A stretch of DNA of 42,569 bases from contig DATCKO010000153.1 of NCBI GenBank assembly GCA_036562215.1, positions 1 through 42,569 of the forward strand, written 5' to 3'. The position numbers were made by a program, and so were the translations under genes. Position 1 is the stretch's first letter. Every line of letters begins with the position of its first letter. Source of the DNA: Haloplasmataceae bacterium. GTDB taxonomy: Bacteria > Bacillota_I > Bacilli_A > Haloplasmatales > Haloplasmataceae. Shown one piece after another: positions 11,210-23,097 of this stretch. A model generated the notes under the pieces. It saw only the letters and a program-made list of their open reading frames with translations, did no database searches and was not told where the DNA came from.

Positions 11210-11297
11210 TTTATCCCTCCTAATTTTTTAAAGGAACATTCTAAAGAGTGTTCCTCACATAAAAAGCAAAAATATTCCAATGGAAATATCCATTTCT

Positions 11298-11326
11298 ATT
11301 TTAAAGCGTTATCATAATTTTTGCAA
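11298..11326 (-). promoter_or_regulatory. Putative sigma-A promoter of the fhs operon
   Basis: Minus strand: TTGCAA (11321-11326), 17-nt spacer, TAAAAT (11298-11303), about 85 nt upstream of the fhs ATG. Confidence 0.5.
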
Positions 11327-11440
11327 GTTGAATTTTTACAATATAGATAGAATTAGGAAAACATAACAACATTTTAGCTCTAAACCTTTACTACATCTAT
11401 TATAATTATTATAATAAATATAAAATGATGGGAGGATTAG

Positions 11441-11980
11441 ATGAATACCAATAAAATAACATATTCGGGATTTCTTATTGCACTAGGAGTATTATTACCA
11501 ATTATTTTCCATTTTATACCAGGAAATATAGGACCAATATTGTTACCTATTCATTATGCATCATTTTTAGCAGGTGGTTTTTTTGGACCATATATCGGCA
11601 TGCTAGTTGGTTTATTAACACCAATAATAAGTATTTTTCTTACAGGTATGCCCAATTTCCCAGTTATTATCTATATAACTTTTGAGACCATAATGTACGG
11701 TTTAATATTTGGCTATATATATTATAAGAAACACCTAAATATTTATCTTGCTTTGATTACTGCGATGCTCATAGGAAGAATAGTTAATATCTTGGGAAAT
11801 TATCTTGTTTCAGAAATTATTTTTTATGACATTGCTAAACCTTTTATTTTTATAAATATTCTAAATAACCTTACCTTAGGACTAATAGGAGCAATTATGC
11901 AAATTATTATTATACCACTCGTTATTAATAGAGTTAATATAAGTTTAGCAAATATCAATATTTTTAAGAAGGAAAAATAA
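11441..11980 (+). CDS. ECF transporter S component (substrate-capture subunit, substrate unknown)
   Basis: 179 aa, about 6 TM. The pattern LPIHYASFLAGGFFGP..G...GLLTPIIS..LTGMP ... MLIGRI is typical of the ECF_trnsprt family. SD GGGAGG lies upstream. No ECF A/T genes are nearby. Confidence 0.72.
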   Translation: MNTNKITYSGFLIALGVLLPIIFHFIPGNIGPILLPIHYASFLAGGFFGPYIGMLVGLLTPIISIFLTGMPNFPVIIYITFETIMYGLIFGYIYYKKHLNIYLALITAMLIGRIVNILGNYLVSEIIFYDIAKPFIFINILNNLTLGLIGAIMQIIIIPLVINRVNISLANINIFKKEK

Positions 11981-12376
11981 ATGTTAGAATATCTTAAACC
12001 TGATAAAACTTGTATCCTTATAAATAATAATGAAATTATCTTTTCATCAAAAGAAAATGGTATTATACCATTAGTTAAATATATTTATTATAATGGTCTA
12101 CCTAAAACCAATACGATTCTAATTGATAAAGTTATTGGTATGGCCATTGCTAATGTAGTTGTTTTTAGTCAAATTACAACGGTCTTTACTAATATTATCT
12201 CTAAACCCGCTTTAGACTTCCTAATTAAGCATGGAGTTGATGTCCATTACACTATTTTAGTAGAAAATATCCTTAGATATGATAAAACCGATATCTGTCC
12301 CATAGAAAAAAGGGTTTTAACCCTTAATAATCCTAATGAAGTAGTAGAATTATTGTATCAAATAGTAATTAAGTAA
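11981..12376 (+). CDS. DUF1893 (TM1506-like) domain protein
   Basis: 131 aa. NGIIPL, DKVIGMAIAN and a CPIE motif match the DUF1893 pattern. The ATG immediately follows the stop of the S-component gene (TAAATG), which suggests translational coupling. Confidence 0.65.
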   Translation: MLEYLKPDKTCILINNNEIIFSSKENGIIPLVKYIYYNGLPKTNTILIDKVIGMAIANVVVFSQITTVFTNIISKPALDFLIKHGVDVHYTILVENILRYDKTDICPIEKRVLTLNNPNEVVELLYQIVIK

Positions 12377-12407
12377 AAAAGTTATCCACAAATTGTGGAT
12401 AACTTTT
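12377..12407. terminator. Bidirectional terminator hairpin made of two perfect inverted DnaA boxes
   Basis: 14-bp stem AAAAGTTATCCACA / TGTGGATAACTTTT with loop AAT. TTATCCACA is at 12382-12390 and TGTGGATAA at 12394-12402. It lies between the DUF1893 stop (12376) and the purA stop (12413). Confidence 0.8.
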
Positions 12408-12412
12408 ATTAT

Positions 12413-15120
<2,708 letters not shown>

Positions 15121-15142
15121 TATTGTGCCTCCCAATTATAAA

Positions 15143-15160
15143 GTGCACCTATAGGTGCAC
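15143..15160 (-). terminator. Hairpin downstream of zupT (probable terminator)
   Basis: GTGCACC-TATA-GGTGCAC, followed on the minus strand by TTTATAATT. Confidence 0.4.
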
Positions 15161-15231
15161 ATTTTTATAATAACATTTCCCACTTTTATTATAACGAAAG
15201 ATAATCTTATTTTAAAGTGTTTTTGCTTAAA

Positions 15232-16041
15232 TTAACCTAAAGCCACATCTAAGGTCATCATAACCGCAAAGCCCATAATGGCACCAAGGGTTGCAATTTT
15301 AGCTTCCTTATTGGATTTTGATTCTGGAATTAGCTCTTCTACAACAACATAAATCATTGCCCCCGCAGCAAATGATAAGGCATAAGGGAGAATATTTTTC
15401 ATAGTAATAACTAATAATGCACCAATTATCCCAGAAATTGGTTCAACTATACCTGATAATTGCCCATACCAAAAACTTTTCCTTCTTGACATTCCATCTC
15501 TTCTTAAAGGTATACTAACAGCTGCCCCCTCAGGAAAGTTTTGTAATCCAATTCCAATTACTAGAGCTATGGCTGAATACAATGTTGCTCCATCTAAACC
15601 TAATTTAACTGCACCAAATGCTACCCCAACAGCTAAACCTTCAGGAATGTTATGTAGGGTAATAGCTAATACTAGTAAGACACTTCTTTGCCAGCTGGTC
15701 TTAACTCCTTCTTTCTGTTTTAGTTCATTATCAGCATGTAGATGTGGTAAAAAAATATCAATTACCAACAGAAAACCAGCTCCGAGTAGAAAACCAATTA
15801 AGGCTGGTAAAAAGGCAATATTCCCATTTGCTTCAGCTATTTCAATGGCGGGGAGTAATAATGACCAAAACGAAGCTGCTATCATGACTCCAGCACCAAA
15901 ACCTAACATCATATCTAATATTTCTTTTTTAACATTTTTGAAAAAGAAAACTAAAGATGCTCCACTTGCGGTTAATAAATATGTAAATAATGTTCCAAAC
16001 AGTGCTAGGATAGGTGCACTGAGATTATTTAACCATTCCAC
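15232..16041 (-). CDS. zupT: ZIP-family zinc transporter
   Basis: HNIPEGLAVG and QNFPEGAAVS motifs in a multi-TM protein. GGAG lies 8 nt before GTG 16041, whereas the track GTG 16050 abuts the SD. Confidence 0.85.
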   Translation of the reverse strand: MEWLNNLSAPILALFGTLFTYLLTASGASLVFFFKNVKKEILDMMLGFGAGVMIAASFWSLLLPAIEIAEANGNIAFLPALIGFLLGAGFLLVIDIFLPHLHADNELKQKEGVKTSWQRSVLLVLAITLHNIPEGLAVGVAFGAVKLGLDGATLYSAIALVIGIGLQNFPEGAAVSIPLRRDGMSRRKSFWYGQLSGIVEPISGIIGALLVITMKNILPYALSFAAGAMIYVVVEELIPESKSNKEAKIATLGAIMGFAVMMTLDVALG

Positions 16042-16113
16042 ATTTATCACTCCATTATTATTATATCTGTTAGTGATTAATTGGTTATGAGTGATTGTGA
16101 AATAGGCTTTCTA

Positions 16114-16980
16114 CTAGATAATGTCTTGGGCTTTATTCCCACATCCAAAAATCTCAATCTTTTCTTTAACTACTTCAATAATGGCATTGGCACTTACGCC
16201 AATAATTTTTCGTGGATCATAAACCTTTTTATCATCTTCAAGAAGTTTACGTAAGGTATTAGTAAAAGCTATTTGATTTTCGGTATTAACATTTATTTTA
16301 CATGTACCACAACTTATGGCCTTTTTAATTTGTTCATCAGGAATCCCTGTACCTCCGTGTAAAACTAAAGGAATATTGGTCGCTTTTTTAATAGCTTCCA
16401 TTTCTATAAAACCAAGTTTTGGTTCTCCGATATAAGGACCATGTACTGAACCTAAAGCTGGTGCTAAGCAATCAATATTTGTTTCATTTACTAAGAGTAC
16501 ACATTCCTTTAAATCAGCATATTTTATACCACCAATAATTCCATCTTCATTACCACCAACTGTACCAATCTCAGCTTCAACAGTTACTCCTCGAGAATGA
16601 GCATATTCTACTACTTTTTTGGTTTCTCTGATATTATCATCAATTGGATGATGTGAACCATCATACATCACAGAAGTGAATCCGCAATCAATAGCATTTT
16701 TGACCTTTTCAAAGGTTGTTCCATGATCTAAATGAAGTGAAACTGGAATAGTAATTTGTAAATCAATAATTAACCCTTTCACCATATTTACAATAGTTAA
16801 AAATCCGCCCATGTACTTAGCAGCACCTTCTGATACTCCTAGAATTACGGGAGCCTTTTTCGCTTCAGCTGCTAATAGAATTGCTTTTGTCCATTCTAAA
16901 TTATTAATATTAAATTGCCCCACAGCATATTTACCATCTTTTGCTTTTTGTAACATTATTTTCATATTTACTAATGACAT
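16114..16980 (-). CDS. fba: Class II fructose-1,6-bisphosphate aldolase
   Basis: [18 protein letters not shown] and a [11 protein letters not shown]-terminus. SD AAGGAG lies upstream. Confidence 0.9.
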   Translation of the reverse strand: MSLVNMKIMLQKAKDGKYAVGQFNINNLEWTKAILLAAEAKKAPVILGVSEGAAKYMGGFLTIVNMVKGLIIDLQITIPVSLHLDHGTTFEKVKNAIDCGFTSVMYDGSHHPIDDNIRETKKVVEYAHSRGVTVEAEIGTVGGNEDGIIGGIKYADLKECVLLVNETNIDCLAPALGSVHGPYIGEPKLGFIEMEAIKKATNIPLVLHGGTGIPDEQIKKAISCGTCKINVNTENQIAFTNTLRKLLEDDKKVYDPRKIIGVSANAIIEVVKEKIEIFGCGNKAQDII

Positions 16981-16992
16981 ATAATATACTCC

Positions 16993-18579
16993 TTACTTCT
17001 TGTTTATCTTTTTTATAGCACTAGCTATAAACTCGCTAAATAATGGGTGAGGTCTATTAGGACGAGATATAAACTCTGGATGAAACTGACATGCAATAAA
17101 GAATGGATGATTATCTAATTCAATAATTTCTACTAAATTCGTATGAGGATTAATCCCTGAAAATATCATTCCCTTTTCTTCTAAAATTATTTTATATTGA
17201 TTGTTGAATCCATAACGATGACGATGTCTTTCTTTAATATATTGTTTTTGATAAGCATTATAAGCTAATGTATTCTCTTTTATTTCACACTCCTGTAATC
17301 CTAGTCTTAAACTATCTTGATTAGGTAAATGTTCAATAATAGGATGCGGAGTATTTGGCTCAAATTCTGTAGAAGTAGCTTGACTTAGATTTGCGACATT
17401 ACGAGCATATTCAATAATTGCTAATTGCATACCTAAGCAAATTCCCAAGAAAGGTATTCTATTTTCTCGAGCATACTTAATAGCTTTAATCTTTCCATTA
17501 ATAGCTCTTATTCCAAATCCTCCAGGAACCAAAATACCATCGACATCACCTAAAAATTCTGTAATATTATCGTCATCTAAAACTTCAGCATCAATCCATT
17601 TAATATTTACATTAGCTCGATAGTGAGCTCCAGCATGTTTAAGAGATTCACTTACTGATAAATAGGCATCTTTTAACTGTACGTATTTACCTACCAAAGC
17701 AATGGTAACTTCTTTATCTGAATTTTTAATATTTTGAATAAGTTTAGACCATTGAGAAAGATCAATCTCTTTAGTTTCTAATTGTAAATGTTTACACACA
17801 TATTGATCTAAACCTTGATTATGTAAACTTAAAACCACTTCATAAAGGATTTCCTCATCTCTTGATTCAATAACAGCTTCCTTATCAACATCACAAAATA
17901 AAGCTATCTTATCTTTTACATCCTCATTAATTGGTACTTCTGTTCTTAAAACAATAATATCAGGATTAATTCCTAACGATCTTAATTCTTTAACACTGTG
18001 TTGTGTAGGTTTAGTTTTAATTTCACCTGCAACTCGTAAATAGGGTACTAGGGTATTATGGATATAACAAGTATTATGAAAGCCTATATCTCTTCGCATT
18101 TGTCGAGCAGCTTCTAAAAAAGGTAAAGACTCTATATCTCCAACTGTTCCACCAATTTCGGTAATTACAACATCAGCTTGACTATCCTTGGCTACTTGTA
18201 ATAATTTATCTTTTATTTCATTGGTGATATGGGGTATTACTTGTACTGTTCGGCCTAAATATTCACCGTTTCTCTCTTTATTTATGACAGCCTGATAAAT
18301 TTTTCCAGTTGTAATATTAGCATCTTTAGTTAAACTTTCATCAATAAAACGTTCATAATGACCTAAATCTAAATCCGTTTCTGCACCATCGTCAGTTACA
18401 AAAACTTCACCATGTTGATATGGACTCATGGTTCCTGGATCAATGTTAATATAAGGATCAAATTTTTGCATAAAAACTTTTAAGCCACGGTCCTTTAATA
18501 ACCTTCCTAATGATGCTGCGGTAATTCCTTTACCAAGCGATGAAACTACTCCTCCTGTCACAAATATAAACTTCGTCAT
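16993..18579 (-). CDS. pyrG: CTP synthase
   Basis: [20 protein letters not shown]-terminus and the GICLGMQ glutaminase Cys. GGAGGTG sits before ATG 18579. The track start 18657 would run through the leader terminator. Confidence 0.95.
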   Translation of the reverse strand: MTKFIFVTGGVVSSLGKGITAASLGRLLKDRGLKVFMQKFDPYINIDPGTMSPYQHGEVFVTDDGAETDLDLGHYERFIDESLTKDANITTGKIYQAVINKERNGEYLGRTVQVIPHITNEIKDKLLQVAKDSQADVVITEIGGTVGDIESLPFLEAARQMRRDIGFHNTCYIHNTLVPYLRVAGEIKTKPTQHSVKELRSLGINPDIIVLRTEVPINEDVKDKIALFCDVDKEAVIESRDEEILYEVVLSLHNQGLDQYVCKHLQLETKEIDLSQWSKLIQNIKNSDKEVTIALVGKYVQLKDAYLSVSESLKHAGAHYRANVNIKWIDAEVLDDDNITEFLGDVDGILVPGGFGIRAINGKIKAIKYARENRIPFLGICLGMQLAIIEYARNVANLSQATSTEFEPNTPHPIIEHLPNQDSLRLGLQECEIKENTLAYNAYQKQYIKERHRHRYGFNNQYKIILEEKGMIFSGINPHTNLVEIIELDNHPFFIACQFHPEFISRPNRPHPLFSEFIASAIKKINKK

Positions 18580-18625
18580 GGTTACACCTCCGATAATATT
18601 ACATTTATTAATTTTGGTAATTTTC

Positions 18626-18672
18626 AAAAAAAAATGCTTTCCTTTTAAGGAAAGCAATATTTTAGAGTGCCC
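18626..18672 (-). promoter_or_regulatory. pyrG 5' leader: GGGC initially transcribed sequence plus intrinsic terminator (reiterative-transcription attenuator type)
   Basis: Minus strand: GGGCAC begins 7 nt after the -10. The hairpin is UGCUUUCCUU / AAGGAAAGCA (18635-18656), followed by a 9-U tract (18626-18634). The 5' arm is pyrimidine-rich (CUUUCCUU). Confidence 0.7.
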
Positions 18673-18678
18673 TTAATA

Positions 18679-18707
18679 ATATTATCAGAAATGATAGTTA
18701 AACACAA
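18679..18707 (-). promoter_or_regulatory. pyrG promoter
   Basis: Minus strand: TTGTGT (18702-18707), 17-nt spacer, TAATAT (18679-18684). Confidence 0.55.
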
Positions 18708-18722
18708 CTTATTTTTTAAAAA

Positions 18723-19121
18723 TTATGTCAAATCATCTTCATCATCATCATAATCTTCTTCATAATCATCATCGATATCATCATCATCGAAATCTTCTTC
18801 TTCTTCCTCATCTTCCATTTCTTCATCATCGATATCAGCTAAATCATCTTCATCATCTTCGTAGACAAATTGATTTTCGTAGACTTCAAATTTTTGTCTT
18901 GTTTTTAAATCCCATTTATCACCACTAACATTCACAAATTTTCCACTAAGAGTTAAGTCAGCATAAAAACGAGTAATTTTTTGTCTTAATTCTTCTTCTG
19001 ACATCCCCATTAATTCACTAACTTCTTGTGCTATTTTGCGAAATGATTGTGGTGTTTTTTTTCTTTGCATTAACTGTTCTGCTACTTCTAACATAGACAT
19101 ATTAGAGTAATTGTAAGTCAT
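18723..19121 (-). CDS. rpoE: RNA polymerase delta subunit
   Basis: N-terminal HARE-HTH-like region (MLEVAEQLMQRKKTPQSFRKIAQEV) and a long Asp/Glu tail. AGGAGG sits before ATG 19121. The track start 19169 overlaps argS. Confidence 0.88.
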   Translation of the reverse strand: MTYNYSNMSMLEVAEQLMQRKKTPQSFRKIAQEVSELMGMSEEELRQKITRFYADLTLSGKFVNVSGDKWDLKTRQKFEVYENQFVYEDDEDDLADIDDEEMEDEEEEEDFDDDDIDDDYEEDYDDDEDDLT

Positions 19122-19143
19122 AATAAGTCCTCCTATTTTCAAT

Positions 19144-20799
19144 TTACATATTTTCCGGTGCACTAACACCTATTAAATTCAATGCGTTTCTTAAAGTAAT
19201 TTGCGTAGCTTTAACAAACGCTAACATTTGTTCTGTTTTCTCAATATCCTCTTCATTAATAACCTTTTCAGCATTATAAAAACTATGAAAAGCTTGTGCT
19301 AAATCATTTATGTAATTTACTATAAAATGAGGAGCTCTTTTTAAAGCACTTTGCGCAACTACCATAGGGAAATCAATAAGTTCTTTCAAAACATTTATAG
19401 CCTTTTCCCCAGTTATATGTGAATAAATATCTTCTCTAGCAATATTTAATTTTTTTTCTTGAGCTTGTTTCATAATACTACAGATTCGCGCATGAGCATA
19501 TTGGGCATAGAATACTGGGTTTTCATTAGATTTTTTAGTAGCTAAATCGATATCAAAGTCCATTTGTGAATCTCCACTTCGCATCGCAAAGAAATAACGC
19601 GTAGCATCTACTCCTACTTCTTCAATTAAATCACGAATAGTAATAGCTTTTCCAGAACGTTTAGACATTTTATATTCTTGATTATCTTTAATCAAACGAA
19701 CCATTTGTATTATTAATACTTCTAATTTTTCAATATCACCTGATAAACAGGCAATACTTGCTTTTAATCGTGGAACATAACCATGATGATCTGCGCCTAA
19801 AATATCAATCAATTTGTCATATCCACGTTCTAACTTATCAATATGATATGCGATATCAGGAGTTAGATATGTCAAAGTATTGTCACTTTTTCGTAAAACA
19901 CGATCTTTATCATCACCAAAAGCAGTTGATCTAAACCAAGTCGCTCCATCTTGAACATAAACATAACCGGTTTTATTTAATTTATTAATGGCTTCATCTA
20001 CCTTATTATCGTCATATAAACTTTGCTCACTAGTCCAAATATCAAAATGAACATTAAAATCCTCTAAATCTCTTTTAATTTTGTTTAGTTCATACTTTTT
20101 CGCAAATTCACGAAATATCTGATAGCGTTCATTTGATTCTTCTAAATATTTATCTCCATATAAGGCAACTAATTCTTTGGCAATGTCAATAATATCATGT
20201 CCATAATAGCCATCTTCTGGCATAGTCACATTTTTCCCCAATAATTCTTCATATCTACATATGGTTGATAAGGTAAGATTATGAATTTGTTTACCAGCAT
20301 CATTAATATAATACTCTCTTGTTACATTATATCCTGCTTTTTCTAATATCCGACATAATGAATCACCAATAACAGCACCCCTAGCATGTCCTAGGTGCAA
20401 ATCTCCTGTTGGATTTGCTGACACAAACTCCACATTTACTTTTATATTTTTACCTATATCTGATTTTCCGTATTCTTCATCAAGCGAAATTATTTCATTA
20501 ATAATTTTAGTGATAAATGATGTTTCAATAAAGAAATTAATAAACCCTGGACCAGCTACTTCCACCTTTTCTACATTATATTCTTTATGATTAAATCTGT
20601 CGACTATTTCTTGGGCTATTTGTTTTGGTGATTTTCGAAAAGTTTTTGCTAGTTGCATCGCACAATTAGTAGAAAAATCTCCATTAGCTTTATCTTTTGG
20701 TTCTTCTAAAATAACATCATAATCTTCACAGCCCATTTCCCTAATAATATCTTTCAAATGGGCCTTAATATCTTCTTGCAACTTGATTACCTTATTCAT
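19144..20799 (-). CDS. argS: Arginyl-tRNA synthetase (core enzyme, own SD and ATG)
   Basis: HIGH motif (SANPTGDLHLGHARG) and KMSKS motif (MSKRSG). AAGGAG lies 8 nt before ATG 20799. The ORF has no upstream stop and continues in frame to 21261. Confidence 0.9.
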   Translation of the reverse strand: MNKVIKLQEDIKAHLKDIIREMGCEDYDVILEEPKDKANGDFSTNCAMQLAKTFRKSPKQIAQEIVDRFNHKEYNVEKVEVAGPGFINFFIETSFITKIINEIISLDEEYGKSDIGKNIKVNVEFVSANPTGDLHLGHARGAVIGDSLCRILEKAGYNVTREYYINDAGKQIHNLTLSTICRYEELLGKNVTMPEDGYYGHDIIDIAKELVALYGDKYLEESNERYQIFREFAKKYELNKIKRDLEDFNVHFDIWTSEQSLYDDNKVDEAINKLNKTGYVYVQDGATWFRSTAFGDDKDRVLRKSDNTLTYLTPDIAYHIDKLERGYDKLIDILGADHHGYVPRLKASIACLSGDIEKLEVLIIQMVRLIKDNQEYKMSKRSGKAITIRDLIEEVGVDATRYFFAMRSGDSQMDFDIDLATKKSNENPVFYAQYAHARICSIMKQAQEKKLNIAREDIYSHITGEKAINVLKELIDFPMVVAQSALKRAPHFIVNYINDLAQAFHSFYNAEKVINEEDIEKTEQMLAFVKATQITLRNALNLIGVSAPENM

Positions 20800-21210
20800 T
20801 TTGTCAACTCCTTGTATACTCACATTCATTTGATAATTACTAATAATAGTATTATCAAGTATTATATCATAATTTAGGTAAATGTTATCATCTGTATAAC
20901 AATATTTATTAGTATAAGCAGTTATTTCAGATGATATATACTCATTTTTAAAAAAGCCACTGGTGTATTCATTTTCAATAAATTTTTGTCTCATCTTCAC
21001 AAAACCACTTCGCACAACTACTATCTCTTTATTATCACAGATTAAAGTTAATTGATTATAATCTGGAGAGTTCATTATGGGTTCTTTACACCTGATAAAG
21101 GTTTTTTGATTATGCAAATACCGTGTACCTTCCTCATAAAACTGAATTTCCATTTTTTGACCTTGATTATTTATGACCATTTTGAAGTTAACATTTATTC
21201 TTTCCTTCAT
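20800..21210 (-). CDS. DUF1934 (YwiB-like) domain, in frame with argS and lacking its own stop codon
   Basis: About 137 aa: MKERINVNF..FYEEGTRYLHN..VVVRSGFVKMRQKF..YTSGF..LNYDIIL.. matches the YwiB/DUF1934 beta-barrel pattern. It is linked to the ArgS Met by QGVDK. Candidate starts are ATG 21210 and 21225; the track start 21261 is a TTG. Confidence 0.6.
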
Positions 21211-21323
21211 AAACATCACACTCATGAATCTTAATAAATATAAATTATATTGATTATTCAAAAAAAAGCAATATATTTTTAATAATATAACTATTATTAT
21301 CGCTATTTTTCTTTTTATACATT

Positions 21324-21345
21324 AAAAACCGCAGATAAATCTGCG
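21324..21345 (-). terminator. Intrinsic terminator of the ABC exporter gene
   Basis: Minus strand: CGCAGA-UUUA-UCUGCG followed by GUUUUUAAUG, directly after the stop at 21347. Confidence 0.6.
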
Positions 21346-21346
21346 A

Positions 21347-23059
21347 TTATAAAATAGCTTTATATAGTCTAGCATAATACCCATTACTATTTATTAAATC
21401 TTCGTGTTTTCCTCTTTCTTCAATACCATTTTCATTTAAAACTATTATCTCGTCAACATTCTTCAAAGTAGATAAGCGATGAGCAATAATTATACTTGTT
21501 CGGCCTTCTGCAAGACTTTCTAAGGCCTCTTGAACTAAACGTTCAGTTATATTATCTAAAGCTGAAGTTGCTTCATCTAGTATTAGAATTGGGGGATTTT
21601 TTAAGAACACTCGAGCAATTGCGATCCTTTGCTTTTGTCCTCCTGATAGTTTAACTCCTCTTTCACCGGTCAAAGTGTCATATCCTTTTTCTAAACTCAT
21701 GATAAAGTCATGAATACGAGCTTTTTTGGCAGCTTCTATTACTTCTTCCATGGTTGCATCCGGTTTTCCATAGAGAATATTATCTAATATTGTCCCATAG
21801 AAAATATAAACATCTTGTTGAACATGCCCTATAGCTTTCCTTAAAGTATGTAAATCGTATTTTTTGATATTTACACCATCAATTAGTATTTCTCCTTCAG
21901 TTACGTCATAGAAGCGTGGGATCAACTGTGATATCGTGGTTTTACCTACTCCAGTTTCACCAACTAAACCAATACTTTGACCCTTTTTTATGGAAAAACT
22001 TAAGTTTTGAAATACGAAGTTCTCATTTTTATCGTAGCGAAAACTCACATTTCTAAATTCAATATTACCTTGAGGATTGGTTAAATATATTGGATTAATA
22101 GGGTTTTTTATCTTAGGTTCTATTTTCATAATTTCATAAAATCTTTCAATTCCCGCAATTCCTGTCTGGATTTGTTGAATGGAGTTAATAATACGTCTAA
22201 TAGGCTGAATAGTATAATTAATATATAAAATTGATGAAAATAATACTCCCTCAGAAATATTATCACTATATAATAGATAACCAGCAATTAATAAAATGGC
22301 TAAATTAAAAACATTTATTATAAAATCTGTTCCAGTCGAAAAGATGGTCATCGCTTTATATGCTCCGCCCCAACTATCACGATATTTTGCGTTATTTCTA
22401 CTAAATTTTTGGTACTCATAATCTTCATTAGTAAATGATTGAGATAATCTAATACCACCAATTGAGCTTTCAATTTGCGAATTTATTTCTGCATGTTCTT
22501 TACGTACTTCTCGGAAACCTTCTAACATTGCTTTTCGACGGGCTACCGAAAAAATTAATAGAATAATCACAAATATTAAGGCTGATAAAAACAAACGATA
22601 ATCGTATGTTAACAAAATACCTAACGAACCACCAAGCATTAAAACAGAGATAAAGATATCTTCAGGCACATGGTGACTCATCTCCGCGATATCTCTTAAA
22701 TCAGCAACTAATCGATTCATTATCATACCGGTTTTATTTTCATCAAAATAAGTAAAATTCAAGGTTTCAATTTTCTGAAATAAGTCACTACGCATATCAT
22801 GTTCAATTCTTGTTCCCATAATATGTCCCCAATAGTTCACTATTACTTCTAAGAAAATCTTAAAAATATAAAGACCTAATAATACAGCTGCTACTGTAAG
22901 CATAAGAGACATTTTTTTATTAGGAATATAATCATCGATGAATAAACCAGTGACTAAAGGGAATAGTAAGTCGAGTCCAGCTATTATTAACGCTGCAATC
23001 ATGTCAATAATAAATAAACCTATGTGTTTTTTATAATAGCTAATAAATTTTTTAAACAT
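21347..23059 (-). CDS. ABC transporter, fused permease/ATP-binding protein (MsbA/multidrug-exporter type)
   Basis: N-terminal 6-TM domain. Walker A GETGVGKTT, signature LSGGQKQR, Walker B ILILDEATS. SD TAGGAGG lies upstream. Confidence 0.88.
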   Translation of the reverse strand: MFKKFISYYKKHIGLFIIDMIAALIIAGLDLLFPLVTGLFIDDYIPNKKMSLMLTVAAVLLGLYIFKIFLEVIVNYWGHIMGTRIEHDMRSDLFQKIETLNFTYFDENKTGMIMNRLVADLRDIAEMSHHVPEDIFISVLMLGGSLGILLTYDYRLFLSALIFVIILLIFSVARRKAMLEGFREVRKEHAEINSQIESSIGGIRLSQSFTNEDYEYQKFSRNNAKYRDSWGGAYKAMTIFSTGTDFIINVFNLAILLIAGYLLYSDNISEGVLFSSILYINYTIQPIRRIINSIQQIQTGIAGIERFYEIMKIEPKIKNPINPIYLTNPQGNIEFRNVSFRYDKNENFVFQNLSFSIKKGQSIGLVGETGVGKTTISQLIPRFYDVTEGEILIDGVNIKKYDLHTLRKAIGHVQQDVYIFYGTILDNILYGKPDATMEEVIEAAKKARIHDFIMSLEKGYDTLTGERGVKLSGGQKQRIAIARVFLKNPPILILDEATSALDNITERLVQEALESLAEGRTSIIIAHRLSTLKNVDEIIVLNENGIEERGKHEDLINSNGYYARLYKAIL

Positions 23060-23097
23060 ATATCCTCCTAAAACACAAAAGACAAGTATAACTTGCC

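Noticed and set aside
11210-11297. ZTP (pfl), THF or purine riboswitch upstream of fhs
   Set aside because: The leader is only about 85 nt and I could not find the conserved cores by eye (for example the GGGUCGUGAC...CCGGGCGGA...CCGCCUGGGCA-like segments of ZTP). This still needs an Rfam scan to be definitive.
15569-16090. 173-aa plus-strand ORF
   Set aside because: It lies entirely antisense to zupT, which has clear ZIP motifs. It has low-complexity composition and no SD, so it is a shadow ORF.
16051-16113. Zur/AdcR operator upstream of zupT (ATAACCAATTAAT; repeated AGTGATT)
   Set aside because: It is only a weak partial match to TTAACNRGTTAA and has no Zur-box-like TCGTAAT-N-ATTACGA, so it is not supportable by eye.
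18725-18928. His-rich 67-aa plus-strand ORF (HHHHNLLHNHHRYHHH...)
   Set aside because: It is the reverse-complement reading of the GAT/GAA-rich acidic tail of rpoE. It has no SD and is an artefact of the trinucleotide-biased sequence.
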